Below are positions 1-7,011 of a DNA stretch of 21,405 bases, one piece after another; positions within the stretch are counted from its first letter, which is position 1, and each line of letters starts with the position of its first letter. Origin of the DNA: Candidatus Micrarchaeia archaeon (GTDB lineage Archaea; Micrarchaeota; Micrarchaeia; Burarchaeales; JACRGF01); the NCBI GenBank assembly GCA_038870455.1, contig JAWCPB010000020.1, forward strand, positions 1-21,405. Reading direction: 5' to 3'. The notes beneath the pieces were generated by a model. It saw nothing but the letters and a program-made list of their open reading frames with translations. It did no database searches and was not told where the DNA came from. The position numbers and the translations under genes were made by a program.

Positions 1-768
1 CTGGAATACAAGCCGCTCGAGAAAGTCGGGTTCATGCTGAGGGCGACCAAGGGGGAGGGAGGGCTTTACATCGGGTTGATTGACGAAAAGCGGAACATCG
101 CCGTCATGGCGTTCACTGATGATGGAAGATTGCGGCAGTTCGGATTAAGCTGCGACTCGCTGAACGCGTCCGAAGGACTTGTCGAACTCAATGCGGCCGT
201 CTCTTTAAATGCGCTTGACGGAATTGCATTGCTGCTGGGAGGCTCTATTCAGATTGCTCTGAAGCATGCAGGCGAAGGCAGGACTGCGCGCGTGAGCGGC
301 CTTGGGAGCGTGAGCGTCGAGAGCGAAGGAAAATTGGAACGCGTTTTCCTGGAGCCAAGGGAATTTTTTGATTTGAAGAGCGCCTTCTGCGCATACATAA
401 GCATTGTGGGAAAAAATGCCTCGCTGACGCGCATCGGCTATCTCATCGCAGAGGCTTATCTCAAAGGCTATCCTGGCCTCAACCTTGATGAGGTGGCGTA
501 TGACGAGAAGAGCAACAATTTTGTGAGAAGGGGCGCGCCGTGGTCAGGCGAAAAGCCAACCGATGAAATGCTGCGGCAATCATTCCTGACTTTCATGCAG
601 GGCATATACGTTGGGGAAAGCGAAAAGCAGGCCATGCTGGAGGGATGGCGCGAAGCCTTCAAAGACGCAAAAAGCTCCCAGAGACCAGACGAGCTGTTCG
701 AAAAAGTTTTTCCAAAACTTGAATACAAAACAGGCGCAGAAGTGGATGTCTCCAGCTTGTTTGGCTGA
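1..768 (+). CDS. Hypothetical protein, probably 5'-partial (possibly a degenerate kinase-like C-lobe)
   Basis: Frame 1 is open from base 1 (LEYKPLEKVGF-M...) to TGA at 766-768. Protein-like composition, no confidently recognised motif. Confidence 0.7.
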   Translation: MEYKPLEKVGFMLRATKGEGGLYIGLIDEKRNIAVMAFTDDGRLRQFGLSCDSLNASEGLVELNAAVSLNALDGIALLLGGSIQIALKHAGEGRTARVSGLGSVSVESEGKLERVFLEPREFFDLKSAFCAYISIVGKNASLTRIGYLIAEAYLKGYPGLNLDEVAYDEKSNNFVRRGAPWSGEKPTDEMLRQSFLTFMQGIYVGESEKQAMLEGWREAFKDAKSSQRPDELFEKVFPKLEYKTGAEVDVSSLFG

Positions 769-1995
769 CTACTTCAATCCCCCGAATTCTTTCATGAGCA
801 CGAACGTGTAGCTCTCGCCGCCAACTTCAGCCGTTTTTGTAACAGCACCCCTTCCCCCTCTGCCGGCGCTTATGCCCAGTTGAACGGTCGCATCCTCGAT
901 TTTCTGGACAACACCCGTTGTAATCCCGCCCTTGCCTCCTTTCGCAAAGCCGAAAATGAATTCCTTGCCCTCGTGTTCAACCCTGACGAGATATGAAGGG
1001 GTGTAATACGATGGCTTTTGTTTTCCAATGGCTTTGAATGGATCGATTTCGACAATTTCTTTGATTTCCCCCTTCATTCCCACATTCTTTGCTGCCTCTT
1101 TTGCCGTAGCCTCGACTTCCCTCGGAACCGGGACTTCGCTGACGCCTTTCTTAAACCGTTCAAGAAGAGACTTTGTTTTAACAGTTTCTTTCACGACCAC
1201 TTCACCGGCCTTTTTTTCTGCAGCCAAAGCGCCTTTGGCTTCGCCTATGCCCGCCGCCTTCAGCACGTCATCCCACTTAGCATCCTTTACTTCCTCGATT
1301 AGCCTTCTGTATGCATGCTCCTCATGCGGGCTAAGGCCGCCCTTTAAAGCGCGCTCGCCGAACTCCTTCAGCTGAGCCAGAGCAGTTTCTTTAGTAAACG
1401 TCGCCACGGCTTTTTCACCGGTTTCAGAAACCAGCGTGATGGAGATTTTCTCGACTGCCTTCTTCACTCCTGCCTTGACTCCGGCTTCAGTCAGTTCCTT
1501 CACGCCGGTTTCAACCGCCTCTTTTCCAGCAACGACAGCAGCCTCTTTGACGGCTACCTTTATCGTGGTAGTGCCGAGTTTTTTGACTATGCCGCCCACG
1601 CCCAGCGTGGCTCCGTCCACGATTGCGCCGACTGCGGAAAAGCCCGCCAAGCCCAACTCGCCTTTTTTTGTCGCCTCGTCAAAATCCTTCAGGCTCCCGT
1701 AAACAGGAATGAAGCTTGCGGGGTTGTTTTTTGCTTCCTCATAGAGAGCGCCTGGCAGGTTTTTTATGACCTTGCCCGCGATTTGCACACCGGTCCGTAT
1801 CACCTCGCCGGCGCTGTCGATTCTTTCTTCAACTTTATTCCAAAAGCCCTTTTTTTCTTTGGGAGGGCTCATGTCCGCGGAAACTTCTTGAGTCAGCTTG
1901 GGCGGAAGCACCGCGGTGCGCACCGGCTCGGGATATTGCCCGAGGACGGGCGGCGTCTTTTTTTCGGGAGGCTTCAAAGCGGTTTCTCCAGCCAT
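769..1995 (-). CDS. Hypothetical 408-aa protein: Pro-rich N-terminus, pre-toxin-like hydrophobic Gly-rich segment, K/E/A/V-rich helical linker, C-terminal alpha/beta domain
   Basis: Long ORF with ATG about 22 nt from a TATA palindrome. Segments GFWNKV and SFIPVYGSLKDF...LGLAGFSAVGAIVDGATLGVGGIVKK. Confidence 0.8.
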   Translation of the reverse strand: MAGETALKPPEKKTPPVLGQYPEPVRTAVLPPKLTQEVSADMSPPKEKKGFWNKVEERIDSAGEVIRTGVQIAGKVIKNLPGALYEEAKNNPASFIPVYGSLKDFDEATKKGELGLAGFSAVGAIVDGATLGVGGIVKKLGTTTIKVAVKEAAVVAGKEAVETGVKELTEAGVKAGVKKAVEKISITLVSETGEKAVATFTKETALAQLKEFGERALKGGLSPHEEHAYRRLIEEVKDAKWDDVLKAAGIGEAKGALAAEKKAGEVVVKETVKTKSLLERFKKGVSEVPVPREVEATAKEAAKNVGMKGEIKEIVEIDPFKAIGKQKPSYYTPSYLVRVEHEGKEFIFGFAKGGKGGITTGVVQKIEDATVQLGISAGRGGRGAVTKTAEVGGESYTFVLMKEFGGLK

Positions 1996-2002
1996 GGAAC
2001 TA

Positions 2003-2040
2003 TTTAGGCAAAACCGTTATATATAAAACTGCAGCCTAAA
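2003..2040. promoter_or_regulatory. Dyad-symmetric bidirectional promoter: TTTAGGC-N7-TTATATATAA-N7-GCCTAAA
   Basis: Palindromic TATA at 2017-2026 and a perfect 7-bp inverted repeat (2003-2009 / 2034-2040) share centre 2021.5, between divergent ATGs at 1995 and 2045. Confidence 0.75.
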
Positions 2041-2044
2041 GGTC

Positions 2045-2614
2045 ATGCCGGAGGACGAGCTCGTGGAGGGAATGATTCAGAAGTGCATCATGCATTGCGA
2101 GAGAGGCGAGTACGAGAAGGGCCTGGAGTGCTTCGAGGGAGTGACGGACTTCAAGGAAGACGCGCTGCGCGCATGGTACTTGAAGGGACTGTGCCTGTAC
2201 AAGCTCGAGAGGTTTAAAGAGGCGGAGGAGGCTTTACGGAAAGCACTGGAGCTGGACGCACGGCAACCACAAGCGTGGCACATGCACGGGCTGGCGCTGT
2301 ACAAGCAAGGGGAATTCGAAAAGGCGGCGGACAGCTTTCTCGAGGCGGCTGAGCTGGAGAAAACCAACCCGGACCACACGTTCATGGCAGCAGTGTGCTA
2401 CGCCCTCCTTGGAAGAAGGCAGGAAGCGGAAAACGCCTCGCGCATCGCATGCATCGCGAATCCGAGAAGGACCATGGAGCTCCTGCAAATTTTTTTTGAA
2501 ACTGCTTATATCCCGTTAAGCAAGAAAAGCGCGTTGGAAAAGCTTGAAATCCAGAAAAACTTGAATGCGCTGAGGGCGGAAATGGAAGGGATATTGCGTT
2601 CGAAAGAAAAATGA
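2045..2614 (+). CDS. Tetratricopeptide repeat (TPR) protein
   Basis: About 3-4 TPR units, e.g. AWYLKGLCLYKLERFKEAEEALRKALELDA, AWHMHGLALYKQGEFEKAADSFLEAAELEK, HTFMAAVCYALLGRRQEA. Confidence 0.9.
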   Translation: MPEDELVEGMIQKCIMHCERGEYEKGLECFEGVTDFKEDALRAWYLKGLCLYKLERFKEAEEALRKALELDARQPQAWHMHGLALYKQGEFEKAADSFLEAAELEKTNPDHTFMAAVCYALLGRRQEAENASRIACIANPRRTMELLQIFFETAYIPLSKKSALEKLEIQKNLNALRAEMEGILRSKEK

Positions 2615-3265
2615 CTATTTTTCCTTCTCTAGGATATACATGAGGAAGGCGTCATAAAGCTGCTCGAAAGTGAAGTCTTCGGTGACATAGCGCTCGATAC
2701 GGGCGAAATCCTTTGCGTCGTACCAGGCGGCCACGTCCTCGCCCTCGCCTTCCTTCACGCGCAGGTTGAAAAACCTATTGACGTCTTTTTGCGAGATGGC
2801 CCACAGCTCGCCGTACTCGCGCGTCTTCTGCGAGACGAGCGGGGAGAGCTGGAACAGGTCAATCGCGAATGGCTCTGAGAAAAGAGCGTCGTGGAGGCGC
2901 GCGGGCGTGTCTATTCCGTGAAGCGACATGCGGCCGAACAGATAGGGCAGGTCGAACTTGAGGAGGTTGAAGCCCACTAGGCGCAGCGAACAGCGCTTTT
3001 CGCCGGTTTTCCTGTCGGCATACACCTCGCGGGAGAGCAGCTCGCGCAGGGTGTTGTAAAAGCGCTGGAGGATGCTTCTCTCACTGGCCTCCCACTCCTT
3101 GAGCAGAAGAGGGGGCTTGAGCGCGGCGCGCCGGGGCGCGTGAAAGCCCGGGTAGTAATTGTAGGCGATCACGAGCACTTTGGCGTTTTCGTTGAATGGA
3201 TTGGCCTCGAACCGGCTGTCGTGAAGCCGCGCGTAAGTCTCTATGTCGAGAAACAAGTAGCCCAG
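2615..3265 (-). CDS. Stand-alone DEDD(y) 3'-5' exonuclease, RNase H-like fold (PolB-exonuclease-like / YprB-like)
   Basis: ExoI FLDIET, ExoII LVGFNLLKFDLPYL, ExoIII ERYVTED. The upstream part of track ORF 2615..3652 is an antisense shadow. Start probably CTG 3265 (after GGTGGGG) or TTG 3256. Confidence 0.85.
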   Translation of the reverse strand: MGYLFLDIETYARLHDSRFEANPFNENAKVLVIAYNYYPGFHAPRRAALKPPLLLKEWEASERSILQRFYNTLRELLSREVYADRKTGEKRCSLRLVGFNLLKFDLPYLFGRMSLHGIDTPARLHDALFSEPFAIDLFQLSPLVSQKTREYGELWAISQKDVNRFFNLRVKEGEGEDVAAWYDAKDFARIERYVTEDFTFEQLYDAFLMYILEKEK

Positions 3266-3293
3266 GGCCCCACCCGAAAGAATGTGGAAGGTA

Positions 3294-3305
3294 TTTATTA
3301 ATAAA
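3294..3305. promoter_or_regulatory. Palindromic TATA element TTTATTAATAAA between divergent genes
   Basis: Perfect 12-bp AT palindrome in a GC-rich context, between the exonuclease (minus) and the small ORF (plus). Confidence 0.65.
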
Positions 3306-3360
3306 CCGCTAAGAGCGCGTCGTGCCAGACACAATAACCAAGCGCGTGTATTATGTGAGG

Positions 3361-3624
3361 ATGGCGAGGGGGGTCGAGGAGGAGCTGGATTTCGGCGAGG
3401 ACGTGGAGGACGCCTGCCCGTCGCTCGTGGCGATTCCGGCCGCGTACGAGAAGCCGCAGAGGAGAAGCGCGGCGAAGGCGGGCGAGGAGGACGCCGCCAC
3501 TGTAGTGCGATTTCTCCTTGAAAACCTGCCTGAAGCCACGGTAAAAAAAGTCTGCGAGCTGGTGAGCAAAAACCTCCTTGAGCACGCGAGGCGGCATGGA
3601 GGAAAGCTGGGGATGAGGGGGTGA
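3361..3624 (+). CDS. Small hypothetical protein (87 aa; acidic N-terminus, helical C-terminus)
   Basis: ATG 3361 preceded by GTGAGG; alternative GTG start at 3322. Stop overlaps the next GTG start (GTGA), suggesting translational coupling. Confidence 0.7.
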   Translation: MARGVEEELDFGEDVEDACPSLVAIPAAYEKPQRRSAAKAGEEDAATVVRFLLENLPEATVKKVCELVSKNLLEHARRHGGKLGMRG

Positions 3625-4124
3625 CGAGCCCGTACGAAGTCATCGCGTTCACGGCTCTGCTGGCCGCATTCGGCTATTTTTTTCCGCAGCTTCTTTTCGC
3701 GCTCTACTTCGAGTCCTGGACCGTGCCCGTCCTGACTGTGGTCGGGCTCAACCTCATGGCATACTGGCTTCTCATCCCAAGCTTCCGATACCGCGCAACG
3801 TGTGCGAAGTGCGGCGAGATTAACCGATGGAGCGCGCAGGCGTGCAGCGCGTGCGGGAACCCGTTTCCGCCTGAGACGAGCCCGTACGAAGTCATCGCCT
3901 TCTCGATAATGATTTTCGCTTTCGGATGGTCGCTGTCCCAACTGCTGGCGCTCTTTCAGCTGACGGCGATCACGCTCATCGGCATAACGGTTCCGGCCCT
4001 GCTGGTCATGAGCGCGTGGCTCCTCCTGCCCAACTTCAAGCACAGGAGGATATGCGGCGAGTGCGGGGCGATAAACTGGCGTGAGAGCAAAAAATGCTTC
4101 AGCTGCGGGTCGAAATTTGATTAG
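3621..4124 (+). CDS. Membrane protein of two tandem [2 TM + C4 zinc ribbon] modules
   Basis: Two 84-aa units each start TSPYEVIAF, then two hydrophobic helices and CAKCGEINRWSAQACSACG / CGECGAINWRESKKCFSCG. Confidence 0.85.
   Translation: MTSPYEVIAFTALLAAFGYFFPQLLFALYFESWTVPVLTVVGLNLMAYWLLIPSFRYRATCAKCGEINRWSAQACSACGNPFPPETSPYEVIAFSIMIFAFGWSLSQLLALFQLTAITLIGITVPALLVMSAWLLLPNFKHRRICGECGAINWRESKKCFSCGSKFD
3623..3898 (+). repeat. Exact 24-bp direct repeat GACGAGCCCGTACGAAGTCATCGC at 3623-3646 and 3875-3898
   Basis: Read directly. Spacing is 252 bp (84 codons), marking an intragenic duplication. Confidence 0.9.
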
Positions 4125-4141
4125 ACGCACGCCAAATACTT

Positions 4142-4174
4142 GTTTGACACCCGTCAAACTGAGGGGTATAAATA
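4142..4174 (+). promoter_or_regulatory. Inverted repeat GTTTGAC-N4-GTCAAAC followed by TATA box TATAAATA
   Basis: Perfect 7-4-7 inverted repeat at 4142-4159, TATA at 4167-4174, and SD GGAGGTG at 4208-4214 before GTG 4221. Confidence 0.65.
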
Positions 4175-4220
4175 CAACCTAATTCCATGTGAATACGTAC
4201 CGGAGTGGGAGGTGGGTTAA

Positions 4221-5273
4221 GTGGCCCTTAAGGCGCGAGACCCACCGGCGACACGCGGGAGGGTCTCGTCCCTTGCACAGAAAGAGCAGGCTGAACTGAA
4301 AGGCCTCGCGCGTTCGCCTAGTTCGGATAATAGGTTCAGGGACTTTTTCTGGAAGCTGCTGACTGACGAAAGGGGAAGCGTTCCGGCGGATAAGCTCGGG
4401 GAGGCCAAAGCAAAAAAGAAAGACGGGCGGGCGCGCGTGCCGCCGGATTTTGTCGAGCTCGAGAAAAAAGGGGAGTTCCCTCCGCTCACCGTCGGCGATG
4501 CGCTCAACTATGCGCTCATCATTTGCGGGAAGTTCAGCAACAAGGAGGAGGACAAGGAAAAGGCTCAGGAAGCTGAACTGGAATTGAAGACGCTACGCAG
4601 CCAGACAAAGGACAGGGTAGCGGGCAGGTTCCTGCGCGCGGTCATCCCGCTCATAGAGGCATCGGTGCACGAGATAGGAAAGCTCCAGACGGGAGTGGAT
4701 GCAAGGCTCAAGGAGTGCGAGGAGAACAAGCAGAGGATAATCGATTTCCTAAATAAATTCGAGTTCTCGCTGAAATCAATAGGATGGCAAACCATATCGG
4801 CTAGGATTTTTTCCATCACCCTCTCCGGAACTGCGCTGGCTGCTCTGCATGCCTGGAGCGCTTCTCACCTCGGCGTGTTCGCTCCCGTGGCGGATGCCGT
4901 GCTGGCCTTCTTGGCCTTCGTGGGGGGCGAGGCGATCATCAAGAGCGCGGTTATCGCAGGCTCTGCGGCGGCGGGCGCGTACTACAACTGGAAGAGGGAG
5001 AGGATAACAAACCTCGGAAAGCACTTTGGCTTGAACGGCATGGAAAAAGAGGCTGGAAAGACGAGGGTGCTGAAGGTGCTCATTCGGGATGTTATGGAAA
5101 AAATAGAGGAATTCTATCCCAGGTACGCCGAAGAGCTGGCGAAAAAATACGGGAAAGAAAAAATTGAGGATGGCGTGGAGGAACACATTAAGACGCTCGA
5201 GGAAAGGCTGAAGGTGATGGATGGGAGGTATTACCTCAATCTCCCACAAAACGACGAAAATAAAAATGCCTGA
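4221..5273 (+). CDS. Hypothetical coiled-coil protein with central hydrophobic (2-3 TM) region
   Basis: 350-aa ORF with a strong SD. Charged helical segments flank RIFSITLSGTALAALHAW...VFAPVADAVLAFLAFVGGEAIIKSAVIAGSAAAGAYY. Confidence 0.85.
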   Translation: MALKARDPPATRGRVSSLAQKEQAELKGLARSPSSDNRFRDFFWKLLTDERGSVPADKLGEAKAKKKDGRARVPPDFVELEKKGEFPPLTVGDALNYALIICGKFSNKEEDKEKAQEAELELKTLRSQTKDRVAGRFLRAVIPLIEASVHEIGKLQTGVDARLKECEENKQRIIDFLNKFEFSLKSIGWQTISARIFSITLSGTALAALHAWSASHLGVFAPVADAVLAFLAFVGGEAIIKSAVIAGSAAAGAYYNWKRERITNLGKHFGLNGMEKEAGKTRVLKVLIRDVMEKIEEFYPRYAEELAKKYGKEKIEDGVEEHIKTLEERLKVMDGRYYLNLPQNDENKNA

Positions 5274-5289
5274 CGCGCTAAATAAAAGC

Positions 5290-5895
5290 ATGGACAGGCT
5301 TTCCCTGGAGCAGGGGACATTTCTGGTCAGGCTCGCGCGTTCGACCGTGGAAAATTACCTGGAGCGAGGGCAGGCGCCCAAGCCAGCCTGCCCAGAGTGG
5401 GGAACGCGGCCGAGGGGTGCTTTCGTCACTCTCGCCACTTTCCCCGCGCGCCAGCTGAGGGGATGCGTGGGGTACGTCTCTCCGGCAACGCCATTGGCCG
5501 AGATGGTCTGCGAGGCCGCGCTGCTCGCCGCTTTTGCAGACACGCGATTCGAGCCGCTTGGAAAAAAAGAGGTTGGGCAAGTCGTTTTTGAGACAAGCGT
5601 TCTCACACCTCCGAAAAGGCTCGCCACAGCGCTTCCGGCAGACAGGCCGGCCCATATTGAGATAGGCAGGCACGGCCTCATCGTAACGCAGGGGATGCGC
5701 TCCGGCCTCCTGCTTCCCCAGGTTCCAAAAGAGTTTGGATGGAGGGAGGAGGAGTTTCTTTCCCATGCATGCCTCAAGGCAGGCCTCCCGCCCGATGCAT
5801 GGCTGAGCGGAGCCACTCAGGTTTTTCTGTTCGAGGCACAGGTGTTCTCCGAAAAAGAGCCTGGTGGAGAAGTTGAGGAAAAGGGCGAGCATTGA
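5290..5895 (+). CDS. AMMECR1-domain protein (TIGR00296 / AmmeMemoRadiSam protein A type)
   Basis: Motifs RGAFVTL, LRGCVG, DTRFEPL, SVLTPP, GRHGLIV, GLLLPQV, CLKAGLPPDAW. Start ATG 5290 (alternative 5266). Confidence 0.93.
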   Translation: MDRLSLEQGTFLVRLARSTVENYLERGQAPKPACPEWGTRPRGAFVTLATFPARQLRGCVGYVSPATPLAEMVCEAALLAAFADTRFEPLGKKEVGQVVFETSVLTPPKRLATALPADRPAHIEIGRHGLIVTQGMRSGLLLPQVPKEFGWREEEFLSHACLKAGLPPDAWLSGATQVFLFEAQVFSEKEPGGEVEEKGEH

Positions 5896-6484
5896 AAAGC
5901 TGCTGCGTGAGCATGGGAGGCTTTTCTCAGAAGAGCTCGGCATGGATGTTGCGAGCGGTCGGGCGGACGAGGTTTTCAAGTGGTTCCTGGCGGCCGTTCT
6001 GTTTGCAGCACCGATTCGCGCGGAGAGCGCAGAAAAGACTTACTGGGAGTTCGAGAAAAGAGGGGTCGTCTCCCCGCAAAAAATTCTCGCCACAGGCTGG
6101 GAGGGACTTGTTCAGATCCTCGATGCGGGCGGCTATACGAGGTACGACTTCAAGACTGCAGACAAGCTGCTCGAGGTCATGGGAAATTTGATGAAGGATT
6201 ACGGAGGCGACTTGGTCAGGCTGCACGCCGCAGCGAGCGGACCGCGCGACTTGGAGGCGCGCATCACGGCACTCGGCAAGGGGATCGGGCCCGCCACAGC
6301 AAGTATTTTCTTGAGGGAGTTGAGGGGGGTTTGGAGGAAAGCCGCTCCTGCCCCCACCGAATTGGAGAAGGCGGCTGCGCAAAAGCTCGGCATCCCGCTC
6401 GCGCGCCTGCTCAAAAGCCTTTCCCCGAGGAAAGCCGCCCGCCTGCAGGCTGCGCTGGCGAGAGTGGGAAGAAAGCTGCGCTAG
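5864..6484 (+). CDS. HhH-GPD superfamily (endonuclease III-related) protein without 4Fe-4S cluster
   Basis: FKWFLAAVLF, GGYTRYD and HhH motif LGKGIGPATASIFLRELRGVW. The protein has no Cys. Confidence 0.75.
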   Translation: MEKLRKRASIEKLLREHGRLFSEELGMDVASGRADEVFKWFLAAVLFAAPIRAESAEKTYWEFEKRGVVSPQKILATGWEGLVQILDAGGYTRYDFKTADKLLEVMGNLMKDYGGDLVRLHAAASGPRDLEARITALGKGIGPATASIFLRELRGVWRKAAPAPTELEKAAAQKLGIPLARLLKSLSPRKAARLQAALARVGRKLR

Positions 6485-7011
6485 ATTTTTTCCAAATGCA
6501 CCAAGTCCTTGAGGGGCCGGCGGGGCGTCTTTTCCGGCTCTTCGCCCGCATAGCCAACCGGGATTATCGCGATTGGGGTCAGGTCCTTCGGCGCGCCCAG
6601 AATGCGGCGAGTCGCATCTTCGTAAAATGCACCCACCCAAGCGCAGGCAAGGCCCTGGGCGACCGCGGCGAGCCATGCATAGGAGGCTGCAATGGTGGCA
6701 TCCTGAAGAGAGTAGAGCGAGGCGCCGCGATCTCCGTACTTGCGGGAAGAGCGCGGGGGGTTGGCTAGGAAAACAAGGACTACGGGGGCTTGAGCGATGA
6801 AGTCCTGGTCAAGGGCTGCGGCGGCAAGCGCCCGCTTTCGCTCGCCCTCTTTGACGACGACTATTTCATAGGCTTGGAGGTCGCCCGCGGAAGGCGCGGA
6901 GTTGGCGGCTTCGAGAATGCGCTGGAGCTTGCTTTCCTCAACAGGCTTGGGCAGAAAGGCGCGCGTGGAACGGCGGCGCTTGAGCGCTTCAAAAAAATCC
7001 ATGCTGAGCAT
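6481..7011 (-). CDS. Nitroreductase family flavoprotein
   Basis: RRRSTRAF, APSAGDLQ, QDATIAA, GLACAWVGAF, IPVGYA. Start ATG 7011 directly after the fhs TAA, or 7002. Confidence 0.95.
   Translation of the reverse strand: MLSMDFFEALKRRRSTRAFLPKPVEESKLQRILEAANSAPSAGDLQAYEIVVVKEGERKRALAAAALDQDFIAQAPVVLVFLANPPRSSRKYGDRGASLYSLQDATIAASYAWLAAVAQGLACAWVGAFYEDATRRILGAPKDLTPIAIIPVGYAGEEPEKTPRRPLKDLVHLEKI

Noticed and set aside
3329-3357. Imperfect inverted repeat CACAATAA...TTATGTG upstream of 3361
   Set aside because: Too many mismatches to distinguish from chance.
3266-3652. Pro/Arg-rich N-terminal extension of the exonuclease ORF
   Set aside because: Crosses the TATA palindrome and is antisense to the 3361..3624 gene.
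3623-3898. 24-bp direct repeat as CRISPR or att site
   Set aside because: Only two copies, in frame, 252 bp apart inside a duplicated protein; no cas or integrase gene nearby.
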